The notes below the pieces were generated by a model. It was not told where the DNA came from. It saw nothing but the letters and a program-made list of their open reading frames with translations, and did not search any database. Both the position numbers and the translations under genes were made by a program. A DNA stretch of 64,000 nucleotides from Chloroflexota bacterium. Its GTDB lineage: Bacteria; Chloroflexota; Dehalococcoidia; Lucifugimonadales; JACPCL1. The stretch lies in NCBI GenBank assembly GCA_016179765.1, contig JACPCL010000031.1:341-64340 (forward strand). Reading direction: 5' to 3'. This document shows positions 1 to 8,345 of this stretch, piece by piece (the first letter of the stretch is position 1; each line of letters starts with the position of its first letter).

Positions 1-44
1 GGGGCTTCGCCCCTCTGCACTCCCCTTTTTCCCCAGTCTGCAAG
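1..44 (+). repeat. Family A MITE-like element, 3' end only (cut by window edge)
   Basis: GGGGCTTCGCCCCTCTGCACTCCCCTTTTTCC... matches the conserved 3' half of the other family A copies. Confidence 0.7.
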
Positions 45-84
45 CTCCCTCTTCCCCCCTGGGAAAGAGGGAGAAGACACACTT

Positions 85-180
85 GAATCAGTGTGATGCG
101 GCTTTGCCGCATCACACTGATTCCTTAGTACCTATCATCCTCCTCTCCCTTTGGGAGAGGGGAACCACAGGAGGAGAGGT
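85..180. repeat. Family C element: 18-bp-stem hairpin (85-123) plus CCTCTCCC/GGGAGAGGGG-AACCACAGG module
   Basis: GAATCAGTGTGATGCGGC-TTT-GCCGCATCACACTGATTC; related copies at 22383-22475 and 29405-29443. Confidence 0.8.
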
Positions 181-254
181 CCGAACCCTCCTGGAAAAGT
201 ATGTAGTCAATAACCTTCAGGCAGCGATGCGTCAACGGAAAGCACATGGAGCCT

Positions 255-1073
255 TTATCGCCCGATCCTGGATACCACGTAGGGTACCGTGCCGCGGGGC
301 GTCGACACCTCTACCTTGTCACCCACCATCCTGTCCAAGAGCGCCCGGCCTAAGGGAGAGGCGTCGGAGATCTTGCCTGACGCAGGGTCTGTCTCCACGG
401 AGTCCACCAAAATATAGGTGAACTCCCGCCCGGTGAGGGCGTGCTTGAGCACCACCTGGGAGCCAACGCCTACCCGTTGGAGGCCGCTGTGTACCATGGA
501 GGCGCTGTCCAGAATGGTGGCGGTCTTCACCAACGCCTCCAGCTCGCGGACGCGGGCCTCGGTCTGGCCCTGGATCTCCTTGGCAGCGTCAAGAGGGGCG
601 TTTTCTGACACATCCTTGGTAGCGGCGGCCTTGCGGATCTCTTCGGCCAGGTAGGGGCGCTGGGCTTTCAGGGCTACCAGCTCCTCCTGGAGGCGCTGGT
701 AGCCCTCCGGCGTGAGCTGGTTCCCCGCCCGCTGCTGCCTCACATGGGACGCTGCGCCTCGCCGTCCCGGCCGGCGCAGCTTGGCGTGAGAGGCCAAGTT
801 GACGCTGGTGAAACCCTCTTGGTGCAGATAGGCCAGAAACTTTTTGGTGGTTTTGAGCCGTTCGTCCTTTTCCCCTCCCATACCATCAAGCGTGGAGCAA
901 TACTCCTGCACCATGAGAGGGGTAAGGGAGTCCACGGGGCGATCCCTACCGCACCAGCGAGCAAAGCGCAGGAGCTCTTGCTGGGCAAAGGAGGGGGCTT
1001 TATCAACATGGGCTTGAAGAAAGTTAGCGCACGCCTCGGACAAGGGTTTCTGCGTAAGAGAACTCAAGAACAC
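255..1073 (-). CDS. GreA/GreB-family elongation factor homolog with ~110-aa N-terminal extension resembling an integrase SAM-like/core-binding domain
   Basis: 272 aa. GTG start at 1073 preceded by AGGAGG. GreA-like coiled coil (LTPEGYQRLQEEL...RVRELE) and C-terminal domain (ISDASPLGRALLDRMVGDKVEV). The N-terminal call is from memory only. Confidence 0.7.
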   Translation of the reverse strand: MFLSSLTQKPLSEACANFLQAHVDKAPSFAQQELLRFARWCGRDRPVDSLTPLMVQEYCSTLDGMGGEKDERLKTTKKFLAYLHQEGFTSVNLASHAKLRRPGRRGAASHVRQQRAGNQLTPEGYQRLQEELVALKAQRPYLAEEIRKAAATKDVSENAPLDAAKEIQGQTEARVRELEALVKTATILDSASMVHSGLQRVGVGSQVVLKHALTGREFTYILVDSVETDPASGKISDASPLGRALLDRMVGDKVEVSTPRGTVPYVVSRIGR

Positions 1074-1289
1074 CTCCTCCTGACTCTAACCCTCAGATTT
1101 TAGGTGTCTCCCCTAAGGGCTGTCAAATGCCACCCTTTGCCATTGCTATGCCTTGCGACCAGAGACGGGGCGCCAAGCTGAGGCCAGGGGTGGCCACATC
1201 CTACCCCTTCTTTCTGGGGCGTCAGTACGTTACAATGAAGTTTGCAAGCCCTTGGCCAGGCCGCCGCAAGGGTGATACGGGAGGTTTTC

Positions 1290-3146
1290 ATGCAGACTCG
1301 TTGGATGCGCAACACGATCATCTACCTCATTGTGGCCGTCGCCATCATCCTGATATTCATGACCTTCGCCAACGGGCCTCGCGGCACCGAGACCGACATC
1401 ACCAACGTCGTCCGCATGGCGCAGGATGGCCGGGTAAGCACCATCGTCGTGGACGGCGATACCCTTTCCGTGACCTCGCGGGACACCCCACCACAGCGGT
1501 TCACCGCGCGCAAGGAGCCTGGCACCAGCGTGGTGGAGCTCCTGAAGGACGCGGGCGGCAAAGCCGCGGATGTGAAGGTCACGGTGAGAGGCTCTAGCGG
1601 CTTCTCCAACATCTTCGGGATCCTCATCAACTTCCTGCCCCTGATCTTCTTTGGGGCGATACTGCTGTTTATGATGCGGCAGGCCCAGGGCAGCAACAAC
1701 CAGACCCTTAGCTTTGGCCGCAGCCGCGCCCGCATGTTCGTGGGCAACAAACCCAGCGTCACCTTCGCCGACGTGGCGGGCGTGGATGAAGCCAAGGTAG
1801 AGCTTCAGGAGGTGGTGGAGTTCCTTCGCTACCCGGAGCGGTTCCTGGCGCTCGGCGCGCGCATCCCACGGGGGGTTCTCCTGGTTGGACCCCCTGGCAC
1901 GGGTAAGACGCTGCTGTCCAAGGCCGTGGCGGGCGAGGCGGGCGTCCCCTTCTTCTCCATCAGCGGCAGCGAGTTCGTGGAGATGTTCGTTGGCGTGGGC
2001 GCTGCCCGCGTCCGCGACCTGTTTGACCAGGCAAAGCGCAACGCCCCGTGCATCATCTTCGTGGACGAGATTGACGCCGTAGGCCGGCACCGCGGCGCTG
2101 GCCTGGGCGGCGGCCACGACGAGCGGGAGCAGACCCTGAACCAGATCCTGGTGGAGATGGACGGGTTTGACACCACCACCAATGTCATTGTCATGGCGGC
2201 CACCAACCGTCCGGACATCCTTGACCCAGCCCTGCTGCGACCAGGCCGCTTTGACCGTCGCGTGGTGCTGGACGCGCCCGACGTGGCGGGCCGCGTCGGC
2301 ATCATGAAGGTGCACACCAAGGGCAAGCCTCTTGACGAGGACGTGAACCTGGAGGTCATCGCCAAGGAGACCTCTGGTTTTACGGGAGCAGACCTAGCCA
2401 ACCTTGTGAACGAAGCGGCCATCCTGGCGGCTCGCGCCCTGAAGAAGACCATCTCCATGAAGGAGTTCGGCGAGTCCATAGACCGCGTCCTCCTGGGACC
2501 GGAGCGTAGGAGCCGCATCATCAGCCACCGGGAGAAGGAGATTACCGCCTACCACGAAGCGGGGCACGCCCTGTTGGGCAACCTTCTTGCCAACGCCGAC
2601 CCGGTGCAGAAGGTGTCCATCGTCGCCCGCGGCATGGCCGGGGGCTTTACCCGCTCCATCCCGCCGGAAGACCGGCACATGCTCACCAAGGAGCAGTTCC
2701 GGGACATGCTGGCCATGGCCATGGGTGGCCGCGTGGCCGAGGAGCTTATCTTTAGCGAGGTCACCACGGGGGCCAGCAACGACTTGGAGCACGCCACCCA
2801 GTTAGCGCGAGACATGGTGACCCGCTACGGCATGAGCTATAAGCTTGGCCCCCGCACCTTTGGCAAGCGGGAGGAGCTGATCTTTCTGGGCCGTCAGATT
2901 AGTGAGCAACGGGACTACAGTGACAAGGTGGCGGAGGAGATAGACCAGGAGGTGCACCTCATCATCCAGGACGCGTATGGCCGCGCCCAGGAGGTGCTGA
3001 GCGCCCACAGGGCCAAGCTGGTGCAAATAGCCCGCCACCTCATTACCCACGAAACGGTGGAGGGCGAAGCTTTGAATAGGCTCTTTGCCTCGGAGGCGCC
3101 GCCCATAGAGGCGGTATCGCCCGAACCGGCGCCAGCGAAGGACTAA
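1290..3146 (+). CDS. ftsH: ATP-dependent zinc metalloprotease FtsH
   Basis: N-terminal TM helix, Walker A GPPGTGKT, zinc motif HEAGHA. ATG 1290 preceded by GGGAGG; the track ORF starts earlier at 1242. Confidence 0.95.
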   Translation: MQTRWMRNTIIYLIVAVAIILIFMTFANGPRGTETDITNVVRMAQDGRVSTIVVDGDTLSVTSRDTPPQRFTARKEPGTSVVELLKDAGGKAADVKVTVRGSSGFSNIFGILINFLPLIFFGAILLFMMRQAQGSNNQTLSFGRSRARMFVGNKPSVTFADVAGVDEAKVELQEVVEFLRYPERFLALGARIPRGVLLVGPPGTGKTLLSKAVAGEAGVPFFSISGSEFVEMFVGVGAARVRDLFDQAKRNAPCIIFVDEIDAVGRHRGAGLGGGHDEREQTLNQILVEMDGFDTTTNVIVMAATNRPDILDPALLRPGRFDRRVVLDAPDVAGRVGIMKVHTKGKPLDEDVNLEVIAKETSGFTGADLANLVNEAAILAARALKKTISMKEFGESIDRVLLGPERRSRIISHREKEITAYHEAGHALLGNLLANADPVQKVSIVARGMAGGFTRSIPPEDRHMLTKEQFRDMLAMAMGGRVAEELIFSEVTTGASNDLEHATQLARDMVTRYGMSYKLGPRTFGKREELIFLGRQISEQRDYSDKVAEEIDQEVHLIIQDAYGRAQEVLSAHRAKLVQIARHLITHETVEGEALNRLFASEAPPIEAVSPEPAPAKD

Positions 3147-3290
3147 AGTCCCGTCCCTGAAGTTCATCGATAATGTCATTGCGAGGCCCGACGAAGGACG
3201 GCCGTGGCAATCTGGCGGCGGGGTCGCCTCTCCTCCAGATTGCTTCGTCGGCTGCCGCCTCCTCGCAATGACAATTCGTAAACGTTTTTC
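3147..3290 (+). repeat. Family B long-hairpin element (GTCATTGCGAGG...CCTCGCAATGAC) directly abutting the ftsH stop
   Basis: Near-copy at 19652-19826 abutting the pheT stop. Has an inner stem GCAATCTGG...CCAGATTGC. Confidence 0.8.
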
Positions 3291-3393
3291 AGTTACAGGA
3301 CACTAGAGACGAGCGGCAGAAGCCTCTGGACACGGACGATGCAATGGGTGAGCCTTCGGGTTGCTCCGACGCCCCTCCAATAGTTCCACCAAA

Positions 3394-3417
3394 AGGGGCG
3401 GTCAAATGACCGCCCCT
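3394..3417. terminator. Hairpin AGGGGCGGT-CAAATG-ACCGCCCCT, possibly a bidirectional terminator
   Basis: Perfect 9-bp GC stem with A/T runs on both sides (AAA upstream, short T-rich tract downstream); weak U-tract. Confidence 0.35.
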
Positions 3418-3602
3418 GCCTTTCTCAACAACAGCGCCCCTCCCTTGCAGCAAGGCCGCTTAAGCCGTGGCCGTCCTGGTGAACACTCCCCCCCAACATG
3501 AGAGCTACACCGGCGCCAAGGTCGTAACCTTGCCCATAGCGCCAGCCCACCATTCGCATGGTCTGACTGGACCCATTCCCCAACCGGAACATCTTAGCTG
3601 AC

Positions 3603-4973
3603 ATGACCTCCACACCCCGCCACCCCGCCGTTTACCTGGAGACCCACGGGTGCAAGCTGAACCAGGCTGACACCCAGGCCATGGCCGCCCGGTTTCTCGC
3701 GGAGGGCTACACCCTGGCCGCCGGGCCGGAAGAGGCAGACGTGTGCGTGGTCAACACCTGCACCGTTACCCACGTGGCGGACGCCAAGGCCCGGCACGCA
3801 GTCCGTAGCGCCCGCCGCATGAACCTCAGCGCCCTGCTGGTGGCAACGGGTTGCTACGCCCAGCGCGCGCCGGGCCAGCTTGCCCAGCTTGAGGGGGTGG
3901 ACCTGGTACTGGCCAACACCCAGAAGGCGGAGCTGGTGGCCCAGGTCAGCCAGGCTCTGGGCCTTGGGGCGTCCCCCTGCTCTGGGGGAGAGCCAGCGGC
4001 CGCTGTAGAGAAGGCGGCCCTGCCCACCCGGGCGATGGTGAAGATACAGGAAGGGTGCAATCAGGTGTGCGCCTATTGCATCGTGCCCAGGGTAAGGGGA
4101 CGGGAGCACAGCGTCCACCCGGATGCTCTGGTGAACCAGGTGCAGCGCCTCACCGCAGAGGGCTACCGGGAGGTCGTGCTCACCGGCACCCAGCTTGGAA
4201 CCTACGGCTTTGACATCCCAGGGGCCTCCCTCTGCCGGCTCATCGCCCGCATTCTGGCGGAGACCTCCATCCCGCGCCTGCGGGTCTCCTCATTACAGGC
4301 CCATGAGATCACGCGGGAACTGTTGGAACTTTGGAGCGACCCCCGGCTCTGCCCCCACCTTCACCTCCCGTTGCAGAGCGGCTCAGCCCAGATGTTGGTC
4401 CTCATGCGCAGGAGGTACTCCCCAGAGCAGTACGAGCACGCGGTGGACATGGTGCGAGCCGCGGCGCCGGCCGCAGCAGTGACGGCGGACGTCATTGTGG
4501 GCTTCCCAGGGGAGACGGAGGAGCTGTTTGAAGAGACTTACCAGCTTTGCCAGCGGGTGGGTTTTGCGGCGCTGCACCTCTTTCCCTACTCGGTACGGCC
4601 GGGGACCAGCGCAGCCCACTTTGCGGGCCAGGTGGAAGAGAAGGCGAAACGGGAGCGGATGGCGCGTCTATTGGCGCTGGCCAAGTCCCAGGCCGCACGC
4701 TTTCAGGAAGGGATGGTGGGTTCGGTGCGGCCAGTGTTGTGGGAGGCCAGCCACTCCCTGGGAGACGCCCAGGTGTGGTCTGGCCTCACCGATAACTACC
4801 TGCGCGTGTTCACCCGCTCCGGCGCGCCCCTGCATAACCAGGTGACGCCCGTGCGGCTGGAGCGGCGGCAAGGGGAGGTAGTGTGGGGAACCGTGTGCAG
4901 GACACCTACTCCGGCAGGTTCTGAGGAGCGCCCTCTACCTCTAAGACGTGCTCCACATGCTCCCCCTGAATGA
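3603..4973 (+). CDS. mtaB: MiaB/MtaB-family radical SAM tRNA methylthiotransferase
   Basis: N-terminal UPF0004 Cys pattern (GCKLN...NTCTV...GCYAQ), radical SAM CNQVCAYC, C-terminal TRAM-like region. Confidence 0.8.
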   Translation: MTSTPRHPAVYLETHGCKLNQADTQAMAARFLAEGYTLAAGPEEADVCVVNTCTVTHVADAKARHAVRSARRMNLSALLVATGCYAQRAPGQLAQLEGVDLVLANTQKAELVAQVSQALGLGASPCSGGEPAAAVEKAALPTRAMVKIQEGCNQVCAYCIVPRVRGREHSVHPDALVNQVQRLTAEGYREVVLTGTQLGTYGFDIPGASLCRLIARILAETSIPRLRVSSLQAHEITRELLELWSDPRLCPHLHLPLQSGSAQMLVLMRRRYSPEQYEHAVDMVRAAAPAAAVTADVIVGFPGETEELFEETYQLCQRVGFAALHLFPYSVRPGTSAAHFAGQVEEKAKRERMARLLALAKSQAARFQEGMVGSVRPVLWEASHSLGDAQVWSGLTDNYLRVFTRSGAPLHNQVTPVRLERRQGEVVWGTVCRTPTPAGSEERPLPLRRAPHAPPE

Positions 4974-5217
4974 GGTTGTTGAGCTGCGATCGGAGAGCCT
5001 GGACGTGGGTGTTCCCCGAGGCGTGGTTGGCATCGTCGAGGCTGCGCCAAATGGCGAGGCGCCCCACCGGGCCGACCATGGTATGCGACTTGTACCGGAA
5101 ACCCAGGATGTACCCCGGGAACGTGGAATAGGTTGACTCCAACTCATCCAGCACCGCCTCCACGCGCTGGGTCATGCCCGCCGTAGGGTGGACAATAGTC
5201 TGCCGTGCAATACGCAT
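4906..5217 (-). CDS. Small hypothetical protein (possibly ABM/Dabb-like fold)
   Basis: 103-aa ORF with GC-rich third positions, convergent with and overlapping the mtaB 3' end. The fold guess is weak. Confidence 0.4.
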   Translation of the reverse strand: MRIARQTIVHPTAGMTQRVEAVLDELESTYSTFPGYILGFRYKSHTMVGPVGRLAIWRSLDDANHASGNTHVQALRSQLNNLIQGEHVEHVLEVEGAPQNLPE

Positions 5218-5277
5218 TTTCTTCCCTCGCTTGGTTCACTCTTCACCACGCTCAAAGGGGCGCAACAGGCCAACCCC

Positions 5278-5501
5278 CTAGCAGGGTGCTGACCTCACCC
5301 CCCTGTGTTCCCCCTCTCCTAAAGGGAGAGGGGGGAGAGTAGTTCTTGGGGACACCCCCATCCGCCGCAGGCGGACCGCCCCTTCGCTCCCCGGTTTGCT
5401 TCGCTCAGGGCTTCGGCTCATTCAAGGGTAGGCTCCGGGGCTTCGCCCTTCAGCTGAAGGGCTTCGCCCCTCTGCACTCCCCTTTTTCCGCAGCCTGCTA
5501 G
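5278..5501 (+). mobile_element. Family A MITE-like element (CCTCACCCCC subtype), CTAG on both flanks
   Basis: CTAG-CAGGGTGCTGACCTCACCCCC...TCCGCAGCCTG-CTAG. Termini are inverted repeats of each other. Confidence 0.75.
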
Positions 5502-5737
5502 GGAGGCTCTAGTATAACAGGAATACCGCGAGGAGAAGAATAGCAGGCCCCCCGCCTTCTAGCGTGGGATGCAGGGGCGAAGCCCCTGACGGGGTTTGGG
5601 GGTGACTCCCAACACTTATCCCCCTCTTATGCAGGACAGGAAGTGAGGGCGCAAGACCTTGCGCCCCTACCTCAATCAGGACCTCACGGTCTGGGCACGA
5701 CGGGAGTCCCGTTTGCAGGACCGACCCTGGTAGAATA

Positions 5738-5770
5738 GAGAGGGAGGCCCCTCCGGGGCCTCCTTGAAAG
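5738..5770 (+). repeat. 33-nt hairpin repeat GAGAGGGAGGCCCCTCCGGGGCCTCCTTGAAAG, 12 nt upstream of the sbcC ATG
   Basis: Second copy with 1 mismatch inside the sbcC coding sequence at 6189-6221. Confidence 0.85.
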
Positions 5771-5782
5771 TAAAATGTCACC

Positions 5783-8326
5783 ATGATTCCACTGAAGCTG
5801 ACCCTGGAAAACTTCAAATGCTACCGGACGGACGTGCCGGCCCTGCACCTGGAAGGGGTGCGCATCGCATGCCTGTGCGGGGCCAACGGCCACGGAAAGT
5901 CGTCCCTGCTGGACGCCATGACCTGGGCCCTCTGGGGCGACGATGTGCACCGGCCTCAGGAGGAGCTGGTGCACATCGGCCAGCAGGAGATGCGGGTTGA
6001 GTTGGAGTTCATCGCGGGCGAAAAGTCTGGAGGGGCAGCAGCCGGCCAGCGATACCGGGTGCTACGCCGCTTCAGCAGGGGTCGGCTGGGCAGGACGGGC
6101 CAGACAGACCTGCAACTGCACGTGGCGATGGACGGGCAAACGGACAGGAACGGGCATACAGGCATACGGGCAGGCAGGCAGGCGGGCGGAGAGGGAGGCC
6201 CCTCTGGGGCCTCCTTGAAAGACAAGGGAGGGCAAGAGGTTAGCGAGGGATGGCGGAGCCTCAGCGGGAGCTCCATAAGGGAGACCCAGGCGGCCATCAC
6301 CAAGCTGGTTGGCATGGACTACGCCACCTTTGTGAACAGCGCCTTCCTGTTGCAGGGACGGGCGGACGCCTTCACCACCCGGACGCCCGCGGAGCGCCAG
6401 CGAGTGCTGTCAAAGGTGCTGGACCTGGAGCGGTACGACCGCCTTCAGGAGCGCGCGAAAGAAAAGGCGCGGGAACGGGCGCTGCGGATGGGTTCGGTGC
6501 AAGGGCAGGCGCAGGCATGGGCGGGGCAACTGGCCCAGCGTCCCCAGCACGCGGCGGAGCTTCCCATGGTGGAGGCGGCGTTGGGGGAGGCAGACGTTGC
6601 GCTGGTAAGGGTGGAGCAGGAGGTCGCGGCCCTCCGGGAGCGGGCGACGGCCCTCCGGGAGCGGCGCCGGGAGTTGGAAGAGCTGGAGCGAGGGCAGCAG
6701 TCGGCCCAGGAGGAGCTTCGCCAGGTTCAGCAGCAGCAGGCCCAGCACGAGCGGCGCATCCAGGCATGGGAGGCTCTGGCGGCAAGGGAGGCGCAAATTA
6801 CTTCCGAGCACGCTCGCCTCGCCGAGCTGCGGCAGAGGGATGAAGGGTTGAACCGCCTCGTGGAACCGTACGGGCGGATGGCGGAGCGTCGCCGCACCGT
6901 TCAGCAACGAGTCCAGGCCCTCCCCAGGCTGGAGTCGGACCTGGCGGCGGCCCAGCGGGAGCTGGCGACGCTGGCGGAGCGGGAGGCTGCGCTGGCGGCC
7001 CGGCGTACTGAGCTTCAGACACTGGACCTGGAAAGCCAGACGCTTCACACTTCCAACGAGCGGCTGCTGCGGGAGATGCAGGAGCTTCGTAAGAAGGTGG
7101 ACATGCTCGCCCAGGGGGACGCCCGGTGCCCTCTGTGCGGCACGGAGCTTGGGGTGGATGGCCGACGCCACATTGAACAGGAGTACGAGGCGCAAGGCAG
7201 GGCCATGGCCATGGAGCACAGGGAGAACCAGGCGCGTCTGCGGCTGGTGGAGCCACGTCAACGTGAGATTTCGACGTGGCTGGCGGGGGAGGAGCGGGAG
7301 GTGGCGGACCGCCGGCGTGTCGTACTGGCCCGGGCGGGGTCCTTATCGCAGCAGGTGGAGGACGCGCGCAAGGCGCCGCCGGAACTGGCGCAGGTGGAAA
7401 GTGAACTGGTATCCCTGGGGTACGAGCCAGCAGCCCACCAGCAGGTGCGAGAAGCCATGTTGGGCCTGGCCAAGGTGGAGGAGGAGCACCGCCTGCTCAC
7501 GGAGGCAAAGGCCGGCCTGCCGGAGGAGCGGGAGGCCTTGGCGCGGGTAGCAGGCATGATGGCCCGGCGGCAGCAGGCGCTGGCCCAGGGAGAGGAGCGA
7601 AGGACCCTCCTGCGGCAAGAGGCGGCGTCCCTTCCTTCCGTGGAGGGCCGCGTGAGGGAGGCGGAGGGCCGGCACGCAGGGGCCCAGGCCGGGCATCGCC
7701 AGCTCCTGGAACGCAAAGGATTCCTGGAGGAGCGGCTCCGGGAGTATGGAGAGTTGGAACGGCGGAATGCCCAAGCTGAGGCCCAGCTTGCAACCCTGGG
7801 CCAGGAGCGCCAGATGTATGATGACCTCTCCGCCGCCTTTGGGCGCACAGGGGTGCAGGCGCTCATCATAGAGGCGGCCATACCACAGCTAGAGGCCTAC
7901 GCCAACGAGCTTCTGGGCCGCATGACCGATAACACCATGCACCTGCGGCTGGACACCCAGCGGGAGACGCAGCGCGGCGCCGCCGTGGAGACGCTGGAGG
8001 TCCGGGTGGCGGACCCCCTGGGCACTCGCAGCTACGACACCTTCAGCGGCGGCGAGGCCTTCCGCATCAACCTGGCCCTGCGCATCGGCCTGTCCAGGCT
8101 GCTGGCGTACCGTGCAGGCGCGCCCCTGCCCACGCTGTTCATTGACGAAGGGTTCGGCACCCAGGACGCCGCAGGCCGGGAGCGCATCCTGGACGTTATC
8201 CAGTCCATCGCCGATGACTTTGAATGCATCCTGGTCATCACCCACATGGACGAGGTGAAGGACGCCTTCCCGGTGCGCATAGAGGTGCAGAAGACGGAGG
8301 CGGGATCTACCTTCGTGATGGTGTAG
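5783..8326 (+). CDS. sbcC: SbcC/Rad50-family DNA repair ATPase
   Basis: N-terminal P-loop GANGHGKSS, long Ala/Glu/Arg/Leu coiled coil, zinc hook CPLCG, C-terminal signature FSGGEAFR and Walker B LFIDEGFG. No sbcD adjacent. Confidence 0.85.
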   Translation: MIPLKLTLENFKCYRTDVPALHLEGVRIACLCGANGHGKSSLLDAMTWALWGDDVHRPQEELVHIGQQEMRVELEFIAGEKSGGAAAGQRYRVLRRFSRGRLGRTGQTDLQLHVAMDGQTDRNGHTGIRAGRQAGGEGGPSGASLKDKGGQEVSEGWRSLSGSSIRETQAAITKLVGMDYATFVNSAFLLQGRADAFTTRTPAERQRVLSKVLDLERYDRLQERAKEKARERALRMGSVQGQAQAWAGQLAQRPQHAAELPMVEAALGEADVALVRVEQEVAALRERATALRERRRELEELERGQQSAQEELRQVQQQQAQHERRIQAWEALAAREAQITSEHARLAELRQRDEGLNRLVEPYGRMAERRRTVQQRVQALPRLESDLAAAQRELATLAEREAALAARRTELQTLDLESQTLHTSNERLLREMQELRKKVDMLAQGDARCPLCGTELGVDGRRHIEQEYEAQGRAMAMEHRENQARLRLVEPRQREISTWLAGEEREVADRRRVVLARAGSLSQQVEDARKAPPELAQVESELVSLGYEPAAHQQVREAMLGLAKVEEEHRLLTEAKAGLPEEREALARVAGMMARRQQALAQGEERRTLLRQEAASLPSVEGRVREAEGRHAGAQAGHRQLLERKGFLEERLREYGELERRNAQAEAQLATLGQERQMYDDLSAAFGRTGVQALIIEAAIPQLEAYANELLGRMTDNTMHLRLDTQRETQRGAAVETLEVRVADPLGTRSYDTFSGGEAFRINLALRIGLSRLLAYRAGAPLPTLFIDEGFGTQDAAGRERILDVIQSIADDFECILVITHMDEVKDAFPVRIEVQKTEAGSTFVMV
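6189..6221 (+). repeat. In-frame copy of the 33-nt hairpin repeat inside sbcC (encodes GEGGPSGASLK)
   Basis: 32/33 identity to 5738-5770. Confidence 0.85.
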
Positions 8327-8345
8327 AACAGAAGGAGCGAAGAGC

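Noticed and set aside
1230-2315. 361-aa ORF antisense to ftsH. Similar long antisense ORFs occur at 14896-16056, 17021-18421, 18443-19837, 21072-22130, 23505-24962, 31052-32890, 38234-39301, 45599-46747, 47114-48142, 51105-52181, 53173-55041, 56507-57529 and 58891-59958.
   Set aside because: Each lies opposite a gene with unmistakable family motifs. Long stop-free antisense frames are expected in GC-rich DNA. Their translations are Arg/Gly/Ala/His-rich low-complexity sequences with no motifs.
5509-5817. ORFs that translate repeat elements. Examples are 5509-5817, 11241-11492, 13220-13459, 22349-22549, 41473-41667, 44834-45118 and 52311-53117, giving peptides such as LKNTPKPPQGGSRYP, GDTPIRRRRTV and NRCDAPMAHHNDS.
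   Set aside because: The same peptide strings recur wherever a repeat copy occurs, in either orientation. They are by-products of the MITE and hairpin families, not genes.
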